From Longimicrobiales bacterium (lineage in GTDB: Bacteria; Gemmatimonadota; Gemmatimonadetes; Longimicrobiales; Gaopeijiaceae): 64,000 nt of DNA. Position numbers and translations under genes: made by a program. Of this stretch, positions 29,431 through 39,613 are shown one piece after another; the first letter of the stretch is position 1, and each line of letters starts with the position of its first letter. The notes beneath the pieces were generated by a model. The model saw only the letters and a program-made list of their open reading frames with translations. It had not been told where the DNA came from and did no database searches. The stretch covers positions 1,152,001 to 1,216,000 of the forward strand of contig OZ242008.1 in the NCBI GenBank assembly GCA_965204735.1, given 5' to 3'.

Positions 29431-29784
29431 ATGCGTCACCGAAAGAAGGGACGGAACCTCTCCCGCTCTCCCAGTCACCGGAAGGCGGTGTTGCGCAACT
29501 TGGCGGCGTCCCTCTTCCGCCACGAGCGGATCACCACCACCACCGCCCGGGCGAAGGAGCTTCGGCCGTATGCGGAACGACTGGTCACCCTGGCCCGACG
29601 GGGCGACCTCCACGCGCGCAGGACGGCCGCGCGGCAAATCCACGAGCGCGAAGTCCTGGCCAAGCTCTTCGACGAGATCGGGCCGCGCTACGCCGATCGG
29701 GCCGGCGGCTACACCCGCGTCCTCAAGCTCGGCGTCCGCAAGGGAGACGCGGCGGAAATGGCGCTGATCGAGCTTGTGCAATAG
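29431..29784 (+). CDS. rplQ: 50S ribosomal protein L17
   Basis: [25 protein letters not shown]. Confidence 0.99.
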   Translation: MRHRKKGRNLSRSPSHRKAVLRNLAASLFRHERITTTTARAKELRPYAERLVTLARRGDLHARRTAARQIHEREVLAKLFDEIGPRYADRAGGYTRVLKLGVRKGDAAEMALIELVQ

Positions 29785-29866
29785 AATTCCCGAAGCGGTC
29801 GCGGTTCCGGAACCGACCGAGGCCTCGCGGCACCTAGAAGACTCCAACAGGACAGGCAGAGGGCAG

Positions 29867-30424
29867 ATGGAAGCGTTTCCGAGATCCAGGACCGGCGCCG
29901 TCAATCCCGGCGTCCCGCTGATGATACTGAGCTTCCTGGTCGTGGCGGCCTTCCTCTACTGGCTCCGGGTCACGGCCGAGCCCACGGAGTCGCCCGCCGA
30001 CCAAGCCGACGACGAGCCGGGCGTCGTCAACGAGGTGCCGCTGGCGGAGTTCTTCGCCGACGACGGAGCCTACCTGGGCCAGGAGATCACGCTCGTCCAT
30101 GTGCCGGTCACCAGCCTGCTCGGGCCCCACTCGTTCTGGACGGCCCTGGGAGACGCCTTCGGCAACCCGTACCTGGTCCATCTCTCCGACGCCGCGCGGG
30201 CCGACTCGGTCGATCTGACCGTAGGCGTTCCGTTGACCGTGAGGGGCGCGGTCCGCCAGATGTCGGACTCGGTCCTGGCCGACTGGGAAGCCGCGGGCGC
30301 GTTCCCCCAGGGAGAGTCGGAGCGCTTCCAGGCCGAGTTTGCCGAGAGGTTCCTGGAGGCCGCCTCTCTGATGGAGGCCGAGGCCGAAGGTCCCGCCGAA
30401 GGCGGCGCCGGGCCCTCCTCCTGA
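29867..30424 (+). CDS. hypothetical membrane-anchored acidic protein
   Basis: Single N-terminal hydrophobic helix, host-like codon usage; start chosen at ATG after AGAGGG. Confidence 0.75.
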   Translation: MEAFPRSRTGAVNPGVPLMILSFLVVAAFLYWLRVTAEPTESPADQADDEPGVVNEVPLAEFFADDGAYLGQEITLVHVPVTSLLGPHSFWTALGDAFGNPYLVHLSDAARADSVDLTVGVPLTVRGAVRQMSDSVLADWEAAGAFPQGESERFQAEFAERFLEAASLMEAEAEGPAEGGAGPSS

Positions 30425-30450
30425 CCCGCGGCCGCCTCCCTACGAGGCCG

Positions 30451-31875
30451 ATGAAGAAACCTTCCGGATCGACCTTGGGCGTGGGCGTGGCCGGAGAGCG
30501 CGAAGCAAGCATCGCTCGGCTCGCGGGCGGAGACGTGGTCTTCGGCGTCGTCGGCCTCGGGTACGTGGGCCTGCCCCTTGCCGTCGAAGCGGCCAAGAAC
30601 GGCATCCGCGTCGTCGGATTCGACATCGTCCCGGAGGTCGCGGACAGCATCGAGGAAGGACGCAGCCACATCCCCGACGTGAGCCACGAGGAAGTCGCGG
30701 AGGTTCGCCGGACCGGGATGCTGCGGGCGACCACCGACATGTCGAGGCTGAAGAAGTGCGACGCCGTTTCGATCTGCGTGCCCACGCCCTTGTCCAAGAC
30801 CCGAGACCCGGACATCGCCTCGATCTTGGCGGCGACGGAAGCCGTGGGGGCGCACCTCACGAAAGGACAGTTGATCGTCCTGGAGTCCACCACCTACCCC
30901 GGGACGACTCGGGAAGTAGTGTTGCCGATCCTGGCCAGGGACGGCCTCCGGGCGGGGGAGGACTTCTTTCTCTGCTTCTCTCCCGAGCGGGTGGACCCCG
31001 CCAACGCCACTTGGAAGACCCGCAACATTCCGAAGGTCGTGGGCGGGATCACGCCCGAGTGCGCGAGGGCGGCCGAGGGCTTCTACTCCCGGTTCGTGGA
31101 TCGCATGGTTCCCGTATCGTCGGTGGAAGCGGCCGAAATGGCCAAGATCCTGGAGAACACCTTCCGGGCGGTGAACGTCGGACTCGTCAACGAGATGGCC
31201 ATCATCGCCGACCGCCTGGGGCTGGACATCTGGGAGGTCGTCGACGCCGCCGCCACCAAGCCGTTCGGCTTCATGAAGTTCACGCCCGGCCCGGGGCTGG
31301 GAGGTCACTGCCTCCCCGTGGACCCCCACTACCTCTCTTGGAAGATGCGGACGCTGGACTACCGCACCCGCTTCATCGAGCTGGCGTCCGAGGTCAACTG
31401 GGGGATGCCGTCCTTCGTGGCGGGCAAGGTGCGGGAAGCGCTCAACGGCGCGCGCAAGGCGGTCAACGGCTCCCGGATACTCTTGCTGGGCGTGGCCTAC
31501 AAGAAGGACGTGGGAGACGTTCGGGAGTCGCCGGCCCTGGAGATCCTCCGGTTGCTGGAGGGCGACGGTGCCGACGTCCTCTATCACGATCCGTACGTGC
31601 CGGAGTGGAGACTGGCTCCCGACCGCGTCGAGAGGTCGGTGCAGCTGTCCGACGCGACGGCCAAGGAAGCCGACGCCGTGGTGATCGTCGCCGATCATTC
31701 GTGCTTCGACTACGCGCGGATACACCGGCTGTCGCAAGTCCTGGTCGATGCGAGAAACGCGACCGCCTCCGTGGCCGGGGGCTCGGGCACGCCGCAGCGA
31801 TGGATCGTGAAGGGCGGCGCTGTCGAAGGGGCGCTGGGAGCAGCCGGGAGGGCGCTGGCTTCCGCTGGCGGCTGA
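30451..31875 (+). CDS. nucleotide-sugar dehydrogenase (WbpA/WecC-like)
   Basis: GLGYVG, CVPTP, ESTTYPG, SPER, GGHCLPVDP; start uncertain. Confidence 0.9.
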   Translation: MKKPSGSTLGVGVAGEREASIARLAGGDVVFGVVGLGYVGLPLAVEAAKNGIRVVGFDIVPEVADSIEEGRSHIPDVSHEEVAEVRRTGMLRATTDMSRLKKCDAVSICVPTPLSKTRDPDIASILAATEAVGAHLTKGQLIVLESTTYPGTTREVVLPILARDGLRAGEDFFLCFSPERVDPANATWKTRNIPKVVGGITPECARAAEGFYSRFVDRMVPVSSVEAAEMAKILENTFRAVNVGLVNEMAIIADRLGLDIWEVVDAAATKPFGFMKFTPGPGLGGHCLPVDPHYLSWKMRTLDYRTRFIELASEVNWGMPSFVAGKVREALNGARKAVNGSRILLLGVAYKKDVGDVRESPALEILRLLEGDGADVLYHDPYVPEWRLAPDRVERSVQLSDATAKEADAVVIVADHSCFDYARIHRLSQVLVDARNATASVAGGSGTPQRWIVKGGAVEGALGAAGRALASAGG

Positions 31876-31884
31876 CCGGCCCGC

Positions 31885-32754
31885 GTGAAGGCGCTCGTCA
31901 CTGGAGCCGGGGGGCTGCTCGGGCACGCCCTGCTGCGCGTCTTGGGCCGTCTCGGGGTGCAGGTGGAGGCGACGGGGCGCCGGGAGCTGGACGTTGCCCA
32001 GCCAGGCGCCGTTCGTCGAGCCGTGGCGACGGCGTCGCCGGACGTGGTGTTCCACTGCGCGGCCTACACCGCCGTGGACCGGGCCGAGGCGGAGCCGGAG
32101 AGGGCGTTCGCCGTGAACGAAGGCGGGGCGGCGAACGTGGCTGCTGCTGCGGCGACGGCAGGAGCGCTGATGATCTATCCGTCGACCGACTACGTCTTTG
32201 CCGGAGATTCGGCGGTTCCTTGCCGTCCCGACGACGCCACGGCGCCTCGCAGCGTCTACGGGCGGTCGAAGCTGGCGGGAGAGGAGGCGGTGCGGCGTTC
32301 CGGCGCGCGCCACCTGATCGTCCGCACCAGCTGGCTCTTCGGCGCCGGCGGGCGAAACTTCGTGGACGCAGTGCTCGCCCGGGCCCGGAAGGGCGAGCGC
32401 CTTCGGGTCGTGGACGACCAGACGGGCCGGCCGACGTGGACCGACGAGCTGGCCCGGGCCGTCGCGGAGCTGGCGCGCGGCGGACGGGTAGGGATACATC
32501 ACCTCGCTTGCTCCGGGCAGGCCACTTGGCGGGAGCTGGCGCAGGAGGCGCTTCGACTCGCCGGCGTCGCCGGGACGGTCGAGGCCGTGAGCACGGAGGA
32601 GTTCGGCGCCGCGGCGCCGCGTCCAAGGTGGTCCGTGCTGGACGTGTCGGCGACGGAGGCGGCGCTGGGCCGGCCCATGCCCTCCTGGCAGGACGCGCTG
32701 GCCATGTACCTGGGCGGCGCAGCGCGCGTCGGGCGGGAGGGCGCCGGTCGATGA
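31885..32754 (+). CDS. rfbD: dTDP-4-dehydrorhamnose reductase
   Basis: AAYTAVDRAE, STDYVF, YGRSKLAGE, DDQTGRPT. Confidence 0.93.
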   Translation: MKALVTGAGGLLGHALLRVLGRLGVQVEATGRRELDVAQPGAVRRAVATASPDVVFHCAAYTAVDRAEAEPERAFAVNEGGAANVAAAAATAGALMIYPSTDYVFAGDSAVPCRPDDATAPRSVYGRSKLAGEEAVRRSGARHLIVRTSWLFGAGGRNFVDAVLARARKGERLRVVDDQTGRPTWTDELARAVAELARGGRVGIHHLACSGQATWRELAQEALRLAGVAGTVEAVSTEEFGAAAPRPRWSVLDVSATEAALGRPMPSWQDALAMYLGGAARVGREGAGR

Positions 32755-33551
32755 AGGGCGTGGTGCTGGCCGGAGGAATGGGCAGCCGCCTGCGTCCCAT
32801 GACCCTGGTCACCAACAAGCACCTCCTGCCCGTCTACGACCGGCCCATGATCTACTATCCCCTGCAGCAGCTCGTGCACGCGGGCGTCCGCGAGATCATG
32901 GTGGTGACGGGGGGAAGCTGCGCCGGCGACTTCCTGCGCCTGCTGGGCAACGGGAAGGCGTTCGGCCTGGACCACATCCACTACGCCTATCAGGAAGGCC
33001 ACGGAGGCATTGCGGAGGCCCTTGGACTGGCGGAGCACTTTGCGGACTCGGAGCCGGTCGTGGTGATCCTGGGGGACAACATCTTCGAAGACTCGCTGGC
33101 GCCGGCGGTGTCGGCCTACCGGGCTCGGAGCGCCGGGGCGATGGTGATGCTGAAGGCAGTCCCCGACCCGGAGCGGTTCGGCGTGGCGGAGCTCGAAGGC
33201 GGCGTCCTCGGGCGGATCGCGGAGAAGCCGATTGCGCCGGCGTCCAGCTTGGCCGTGACCGGGTGCTACTTCTACGACGCCCGCGTCTTTGCCATGATCC
33301 GGGCCCTGGAGAAGTCGCCCCGGGGCGAGCTCGAGATCACGGAGGTCAACAACCGGTACATCGAGATCGGCGCCATGTCGCACCGGGTGCTGTCCGGATG
33401 GTGGACCGACGCCGGCACGGTCGCATCCCTCTACCGGGCGACGCGTCTGGTGGCCGAAACCGACGCCCCGGTGCTGCGGCGGACTCGGCTTGCGCCCGGT
33501 CTGCCGGAGGGCGCGCTCCAAGAAGAAGCCCGGAGCGCAGGAGCGGCGTGA
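32751..33551 (+). CDS. rfbA: glucose-1-phosphate thymidylyltransferase (RfbA/SpsI-like)
   Basis: LAGGMGSRL, KHLLPVYDRPMIYY, LGDN, RGELEIT. Confidence 0.88.
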   Translation: MKGVVLAGGMGSRLRPMTLVTNKHLLPVYDRPMIYYPLQQLVHAGVREIMVVTGGSCAGDFLRLLGNGKAFGLDHIHYAYQEGHGGIAEALGLAEHFADSEPVVVILGDNIFEDSLAPAVSAYRARSAGAMVMLKAVPDPERFGVAELEGGVLGRIAEKPIAPASSLAVTGCYFYDARVFAMIRALEKSPRGELEITEVNNRYIEIGAMSHRVLSGWWTDAGTVASLYRATRLVAETDAPVLRRTRLAPGLPEGALQEEARSAGAA

Positions 33552-34567
33552 GGCTGCTGGTCACAGGCGGAGCCGGGTTCGTCGGCGCGAACCTCGTCCG
33601 CCTCCTTCTGGCCGAGACCCGCCATCGGATCGTCAACCTGGACCTGCTCACCTACGCCGGAAACCTGGACAACCTCAAGGGCGCGACCCACGCGGCGAGG
33701 CACCGCTTCGTCCGTGGCGACATCTGCGACGAGAAGCTGGTGCGGGAGCTCGTCGACGGCGCGGACGCCATCGTGAACGTCGCCGCCGAGTCCCACGTGG
33801 ACCGCTCCATCGCCAGCGCCGCGCCCTTCGTGCGGACGAACGTGCTGGGGACGCAGACCCTGTTGGCTGCCGCGGTGGAAGGCGGGGTCTCCCGGTTCGT
33901 TCAAGTCTCCACCGACGAGGTGTACGGCTCGCTGGGCAGGGACGGGCGCTTCACCGAAGAGACGCCGCTGGCGCCCCGTTCGCCGTACTCGGCGAGCAAG
34001 GCGGGCGGGGACCTGCTGGCGCTGGCGTACCACGAGACCTACGGGCTGGACGTGGTGGTGACCCGCTGCTCCAACAACTACGGACCGTACCAATTTCCCG
34101 AGAAGCTGGTCCCGCTGTCGATCACGAACGCGATTCGGCGGAGACCGATCCCGCTCTACGGCGACGGCCTTCACGTCAGGGACTGGATGCACGTGGACGA
34201 TCACTGCCGAGGCATTCTGGCCGCTCTGGAGCAAGGACGCGCGGGAGAGGCGTACAACTTCGGAGCGGAATCGGAGCGCACCAACTCGTGGATGGTGGAT
34301 CGGATCGTGGCGGAAGCCGGCGGGACTCCGGAGCTCGTGGCGATGGTGGCCGACCGGCCGGGACACGATCGCCGCTACGCCGTCGATCCGGCGAAGTCGA
34401 TGCGCGAGCTCGGGTGGAGCCCGAGGGTGAGGCTGGAGGAGGGCCTCGTGGAGACGGTGGCCTGGTACCGGCGAAACGAGTGGTGGTGGCGTCGGATCGA
34501 GTCCGGCGAGTACGCAGGCGCCGGGTCCCGCTGGACCGGAGAGCCGACGGACAGAGGAGCGGCGTGA
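33548..34567 (+). CDS. rfbB: dTDP-glucose 4,6-dehydratase
   Basis: AAESHVDRSI, STDEVYG, YSASK, RPGHDRRY; GTGA overlap. Confidence 0.95.
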   Translation: MRLLVTGGAGFVGANLVRLLLAETRHRIVNLDLLTYAGNLDNLKGATHAARHRFVRGDICDEKLVRELVDGADAIVNVAAESHVDRSIASAAPFVRTNVLGTQTLLAAAVEGGVSRFVQVSTDEVYGSLGRDGRFTEETPLAPRSPYSASKAGGDLLALAYHETYGLDVVVTRCSNNYGPYQFPEKLVPLSITNAIRRRPIPLYGDGLHVRDWMHVDDHCRGILAALEQGRAGEAYNFGAESERTNSWMVDRIVAEAGGTPELVAMVADRPGHDRRYAVDPAKSMRELGWSPRVRLEEGLVETVAWYRRNEWWWRRIESGEYAGAGSRWTGEPTDRGAA

Positions 34568-35934
34568 AGATCGCCGTCGTAGGCACCGGATACGTGGGAC
34601 TGACCACGGGCGCTTGCCTTGCCGAGACCGGCCACGAGGTGGTGTGCGCGGACATCTTGGAGGAGAAGATCGCCGAGCTGCAGGACGGACGGATCCCCTT
34701 CTACGAGCCCGGCCTGGAGCAGATCGTCCGCCACAACTTGGCCGAACGGAGACTGCTCTTCACAACGGACGTGGCAGCGGCGGTTCGGCGGTCCTACGTC
34801 GTCTTCATCGCCGTGGGGACGCCGCCCAACGAGGACGGCTCCGCCGATCTGCACCACGTCCTGGACGCGGCGGGCGCCATCGGTCGGGCGATGGACGGAG
34901 AGCGCATCGTGGTCACCAAGAGCACTGTGCCCGTGGGGACCGTGGCCCAGGTGCGGAGGGCGATGGAAGCCGAGACGCGCCACCCGGTGCACGTCTGCTC
35001 CAACCCGGAGTTCCTGCGGGAAGGCGCCGCCGTGCGGGACTTCATGCAGCCGGACCGCGTGGTGATCGGAGTGGACGACCCAGGAGCGGCCGAGGTGCTG
35101 CGGGACCTCTACGCGCCGTTCGCGGGCGCCGACCGCCAGGTCGTGGTGATGGACTCGGCGTCGGCGGAGATCACCAAGTACGCAGCCAACGCCATGCTGG
35201 CGACCCGGATCAGCCTCGTCAACGCAATCGCCGCGCTGTGCGAGCGAGTGGGCGCCGACGTGGAGTTGGTTCGCCGCGGGATCGGCACCGACCGGCGGAT
35301 CGGACCCGCCTGCCTCTTCCCAGGCGTGGGGTACGGCGGCTCTTGCCTTCCGAAGGACGTGAAGGCGCTGGCCCGCACCATGCGGGAGGCGGACCTGGAC
35401 TCGGCGATCGTGGAAGCCGTGGACGGCTTCAACGAGCGTCAGAAGGTGGTTCTGGTGGAGAAGGTCGTGGCGCGCTTCGGGCCGGTTCTGGACGGCTTGG
35501 TCTTTGCCGTGTGGGGCTTGGCCTTCAAGCCCGACACGGACGACATGCGGGAGGCGTCCAGCTTGGCGACGGTCCGCGGCCTGCTCGAACGCGGCGCCAA
35601 GCTCGTGGTCCACGATCCGGCCGCGATTGGGAAGGCGAAGCAGATCTTGGGCCGTTCCGTGGAGTACAGAAGCCGCGACTACGACGCCCTCGAGGGAGCC
35701 GACGCGCTGATCGTGCACACCGAGTGGCAGCAGTACCGGCGACCGAACTTCGGACGGATCCGGAGCCTGATGCGGAGGGCGGTCGTCTTCGACGGGCGCA
35801 ACCTCTACGACCCCGACGAGATGCGGAGGCGGGGGTTCGAGTACCACTCGGTAGGCCGGCCCCCGGTCGTGCCGGCGGCGGCCGGGCCGAACGGGGCCGG
35901 GGATGCGCAGGCGAGGGTCGCGAGCCCCCGATGA
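34564..35934 (+). CDS. ugd: UDP-glucose 6-dehydrogenase
   Basis: [31 protein letters not shown]. Confidence 0.93.
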   Translation: MKIAVVGTGYVGLTTGACLAETGHEVVCADILEEKIAELQDGRIPFYEPGLEQIVRHNLAERRLLFTTDVAAAVRRSYVVFIAVGTPPNEDGSADLHHVLDAAGAIGRAMDGERIVVTKSTVPVGTVAQVRRAMEAETRHPVHVCSNPEFLREGAAVRDFMQPDRVVIGVDDPGAAEVLRDLYAPFAGADRQVVVMDSASAEITKYAANAMLATRISLVNAIAALCERVGADVELVRRGIGTDRRIGPACLFPGVGYGGSCLPKDVKALARTMREADLDSAIVEAVDGFNERQKVVLVEKVVARFGPVLDGLVFAVWGLAFKPDTDDMREASSLATVRGLLERGAKLVVHDPAAIGKAKQILGRSVEYRSRDYDALEGADALIVHTEWQQYRRPNFGRIRSLMRRAVVFDGRNLYDPDEMRRRGFEYHSVGRPPVVPAAAGPNGAGDAQARVASPR

Positions 35935-36008
35935 GAGCGGTCGTCGCGGGAGCAGCGGGCTTCCTGCGGAACTGCTCTTCGCGCTGCGGGATGCCGAGTC
36001 CCCGATGA
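35931..36008 (+). pseudogene. 25-aa stub duplicating the start of the next gene
   Basis: [12 protein letters not shown] vs [12 protein letters not shown]; junction CCCCGATGAGAGCGGT repeated 74 nt apart. Confidence 0.7.
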
Positions 36009-37003
36009 GAGCGGTGATCACGGGGGCCGCGGGCTTCCTGGGTTCCCACTTGGTGGACCGCTTCCTCGCCGAGGGCTGGGAGGTCGTGGGAGTGGACAAC
36101 TTGATCACCGGCGCCCGGGAGAACTTGGCCCACCTGGCGGGCGACCCCCGCTTCCGACTGCTGGAACACGACGTGGCGGAGCCCTTCGACGTGGGAGGCC
36201 CTGTGGACGGGATTCTGCACTTCGCGTCGCCCGCGAGCCCTTTGGACTACTTCGAGCTGCCCATCGAGACCCTGAAGGTGGGCGGACATGGAACCCACAA
36301 CGTCCTGGAGATCGCTCGGCGCCACGACGCCCGCTGCCTGCTGGCGTCCACTTCCGAGGTCTACGGCGACCCCAAGGTCCATCCGCAGCGGGAAGACTAC
36401 TGGGGCAACGTCAATCCAGTCGGCCCCAGGGGCGTGTACGACGAGGCCAAGCGCTACGCCGAGGCCGTCGCCATGGCGTACCACCGGACCTATCGGACAG
36501 ACGTCCGGATCGCCAGGATATTCAACACCTACGGCCCGCGCATCCGACCCGGAGACGGCCGGGTCGTCTCCAACTTCGTCGTGCAGAGCCTTCGAGGCGA
36601 GCCGCTGACGGTGTACGGCGACGGGTCCCAGACCCGGTCGCTCTGCTACGTGGACGACCAGATCGACGGCATCTTCCGGCTGTTCGGCTCCGGCTGGGCC
36701 CGACCGGTCAACATCGGGAACCCCCGCGAGTTCACGATCCTGGAGCTGGCGCGGATCGTCGCAGAGGAAACGGGCAACCCTTCGCCGGTGTCGCACCTGC
36801 CCATGCCGACGGACGACCCCGCAGTGCGGTGCCCGGACATCGCGATCGCGCGGCGGGAGCTGGGCTGGACACCGAAGGTCGGCCTGCGCGAGGGGCTGCG
36901 GAAGACGATTCGGCACTTCCAGCGGCTGATCGATGCGGGGGAGGACGTTCGGTCGCGGACGTGGGAGGCCGGAGGGAGCGTCGCCGCCCAGCCGCCGACC
37001 TAG
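36005..37003 (+). CDS. UDP-glucuronate decarboxylase (UDP-xylose synthase family)
   Basis: [43 protein letters not shown]. Confidence 0.92.
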   Translation: MRAVITGAAGFLGSHLVDRFLAEGWEVVGVDNLITGARENLAHLAGDPRFRLLEHDVAEPFDVGGPVDGILHFASPASPLDYFELPIETLKVGGHGTHNVLEIARRHDARCLLASTSEVYGDPKVHPQREDYWGNVNPVGPRGVYDEAKRYAEAVAMAYHRTYRTDVRIARIFNTYGPRIRPGDGRVVSNFVVQSLRGEPLTVYGDGSQTRSLCYVDDQIDGIFRLFGSGWARPVNIGNPREFTILELARIVAEETGNPSPVSHLPMPTDDPAVRCPDIAIARRELGWTPKVGLREGLRKTIRHFQRLIDAGEDVRSRTWEAGGSVAAQPPT

Positions 37004-37128
37004 CGACGGCCCGGCGTCCCAGCGGAACCGGCCGGATCGCAAAGTCGGGCCTGCCGGCGACGGCCGGGGCGCGTCGGCGCCGGGGAGAAGGAGCCCAAGT
37101 CCGCGCTCCGATTCGTTAGATTCAGGCA

Positions 37129-38136
37129 ATGAGACCGCGGAGAGATCAGCGACACGAAGCGGGACGCGGGCGCAGCGCCGTCGTCGCGGCACGGACCCGG
37201 GTCCGGCCCGCGGGCGCCGTCCACTCGCGGGCGACGTTGCTTCTGACCGGCGCTGCGTCCGTTCTGCTGGCGGCGTGCGGCTCAGGTCCGGGGCAGAACA
37301 CGGCTGCGGCGCGGGGGAACCGGGCGTTCGCGCAGGGGGACTACGACCAGGCTCTGGCCGAGTACCTCCTTGCAGTTCGGGAGGATTCCACTGCCGAGAA
37401 CTTGGCCAGGGCAGCCCACACATACGTGGCGTTGGGGCGGGTGGACGAGGCCCGGCTGCACTACCAGGCGGCGGTGTCGGCGGAAGACGGCGGCTGGGCC
37501 GATCAAGCGGCGGCGGACTTCCTTGCCCTCGCCCGGGACTTGAACGCGGAGGGAGACAGCTACGGCGCCGCCTACGCCAGGGAGGTCGCGGTGGCCTTTC
37601 GGCCAGGCGCGGGAGTCGACCAGCTGGCCGCCCCCCTTGCCCGCCACTACCAAGAAGCGGGAGAGCACGTGCGGGCCCTGGCGCTGTGGACGCGGGGGGC
37701 CGGCGTGAACGACCCCGACGAGGTCCACGCCACCGGCAGGGCCTACCAGGAGATCGGCGACTGCGTGCGTGCGCTGGCCTACTACCAGCGACTTCGGGAG
37801 CTGGCGCCGCGACGGGCGGCGGAGGTGCGTTCCAACGAGGGCACCTGCCACTACGAGCTCGCCTTGGATCGGGAGGAGGCGGGAGACCTTCAAGAAGCGG
37901 TCCGCTACCTGAACGTCTTCTTGCAGGAGTTCGGCGAGCCGAGGAGCCTGCGTCCACAGGCGTACTACAAGCTGGGCGAGGCGTACGAGGAGCTGGGAAT
38001 GTGCCAGGAAGCGGCGACCGCGTACCGCATGGCGACGCAGACGGGAGTGGCAGGCTCCAGCGACCTGGCCCGGCGAGCCGAGGAGCGGGAGAACGCGATC
38101 CGGTTCGGCGGCGGAGGCGGCAGCGCGCCGTGCTGA
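37129..38136 (+). CDS. TPR-repeat lipoprotein
   Basis: Lipobox LAAC; TPR-like helices (GDYDQAL, AYYKLGEAYEELG). Confidence 0.8.
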   Translation: MRPRRDQRHEAGRGRSAVVAARTRVRPAGAVHSRATLLLTGAASVLLAACGSGPGQNTAAARGNRAFAQGDYDQALAEYLLAVREDSTAENLARAAHTYVALGRVDEARLHYQAAVSAEDGGWADQAAADFLALARDLNAEGDSYGAAYAREVAVAFRPGAGVDQLAAPLARHYQEAGEHVRALALWTRGAGVNDPDEVHATGRAYQEIGDCVRALAYYQRLRELAPRRAAEVRSNEGTCHYELALDREEAGDLQEAVRYLNVFLQEFGEPRSLRPQAYYKLGEAYEELGMCQEAATAYRMATQTGVAGSSDLARRAEERENAIRFGGGGGSAPC

Positions 38137-38963
38137 GGCTGGACGGACCGGGAGGCCGGGGCTGGGGGGCGACGGCGGCGCTCCTGGGGGTCGCGTGCTC
38201 GTCGACGGCGCCGTTTGCCGGATGGACGGCGGATCAGCTCTTCGAGCACGGGCAAGAAGCCTTCGAAGAGGAGGACTGGGACGAGGCGCGGAGGGCGTTC
38301 GAGCGGCTGGTGCTCACCTTTCCCGGCTTCGACAGCACGGTGGCGGCGCGGCACTACCTGGCCGGGGCGTTCTTCGCCGACGAGGAGTACCTGAGCGCGG
38401 TCTCCGAGTTCACCCGGATCGTGCAGGTGCACCCCGACGACGAGCGCGCGCCGGAGGCGTGGATGGGCCTGTGCCGATCCTACTCGGCGATGTCGCCCCA
38501 CCCCCAGCGGGACCAGCAGTACACGGTGCAGGCTCGCACCACATGCCAGAACGTGGCCTCGGACTTCCCCGAGACCCCGGTCGGGGATTCGGCGACGGCG
38601 ATCGCCCTGGAGATGCACGCCAAGTTGGCCGCCAAGGCCTACGGCGAGGGCTACTTCTACTTTCAGCGGAAGATCCTGGAGTCGGCCGAACTCGTGTTCC
38701 TGGACTTGGTCGATTCCTTTGCGGGCACCGTGTGGGCGCCCCAGGCGATGGCTCGGCTGATCGACATCTACGAAGAGTGGGGCTGGGCGGAACAGCGGGA
38801 TGAGTTCGCGGCCAAGCTGCGGGACACGTACCCGGAGTCGCCGGAGGCCAGGGCGCTGATCCAGGCCGCCCCGAGCGACACCGCCACGTCGGTCCGAAGC
38901 CGCGCCCCGCCCCGAGCCGAGGGAAGGCGCCCGTCGCGACCATGGGCTGCCGGAAGCGCGTAG
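38130..38963 (+). CDS. bamD: outer membrane assembly lipoprotein BamD
   Basis: Lipobox-like GVAC, TPRs, RDQQYT motif, KLAAKAY..FY; start approximate. Confidence 0.85.
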   Translation: MLRLDGPGGRGWGATAALLGVACSSTAPFAGWTADQLFEHGQEAFEEEDWDEARRAFERLVLTFPGFDSTVAARHYLAGAFFADEEYLSAVSEFTRIVQVHPDDERAPEAWMGLCRSYSAMSPHPQRDQQYTVQARTTCQNVASDFPETPVGDSATAIALEMHAKLAAKAYGEGYFYFQRKILESAELVFLDLVDSFAGTVWAPQAMARLIDIYEEWGWAEQRDEFAAKLRDTYPESPEARALIQAAPSDTATSVRSRAPPRAEGRRPSRPWAAGSA

Positions 38964-39613
38964 GGGTCTTCGGGGGCGCCTTCGACCCGCCGCACCTGGG
39001 GCACTTGGCCGTCGCCCGGGCGGCGGCGGAAGGAGCCTCGCTGGACCGGGTCCTGTGGGTGCCGGCGGCGGTTCCTCCCCACAAGGTGGGCCGGGCGCTC
39101 GCCCCTGCCGAAGCGCGGCGGCGGATGGTGGAAGCGGCGATCCGCGACCACCCCGGGTTTCAGTTGTGCGACGTCGAGCTGCGGAGAGGGGGCGTGTCCT
39201 ACACCGTCGACACGCTGCGGACCCTCAAGGAGGCTCGCCCCGAGTGGCGGCTCTTTCTGATCGTGGGCGCCGATCTGCTCGCCGAGTTCTCTTCGTGGCA
39301 GGCGCCCGAGGCGCTCCTCGAAGCGGCCGAGCTGGTGGCAGTGGCGCGGAGGGGGGCGACGCTGGTCGGGAACTCTGCGAAGTTGAAGCTTCGGCCCAGG
39401 GTCGTGCGGATGCCGCGGGTCGACGTCTCGTCCTCGGAGGTTCGCAGGCGGGTGGCGGAAGGAAAGTCCCATGCAGCCATGTTGCCGGCCCAAGTCACGT
39501 CCATAATTGAAGGAGAAGGGCTCTACGGGCGCCGGACCGTCGGGTTCGGCCGAGCGAGCGGCCCCCAGAGGCGGACGCCTTCCCCCAACGGAAGGGTCCG
39601 AAGCGCAGAATGA
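38942..39613 (+). CDS. nadD: nicotinate-nucleotide adenylyltransferase
   Basis: GGAFDPPHLGH, PPHK, SYTVDTL, VSSSEVR. Confidence 0.95.
   Translation: MGCRKRVGVFGGAFDPPHLGHLAVARAAAEGASLDRVLWVPAAVPPHKVGRALAPAEARRRMVEAAIRDHPGFQLCDVELRRGGVSYTVDTLRTLKEARPEWRLFLIVGADLLAEFSSWQAPEALLEAAELVAVARRGATLVGNSAKLKLRPRVVRMPRVDVSSSEVRRRVAEGKSHAAMLPAQVTSIIEGEGLYGRRTVGFGRASGPQRRTPSPNGRVRSAE

Noticed and set aside
39501..39520. CATAAT followed by AAGGAG inside nadD
   Set aside because: Explained by the conserved IIEGEGLY coding sequence; the ORF starting at 39507 is a shadow frame
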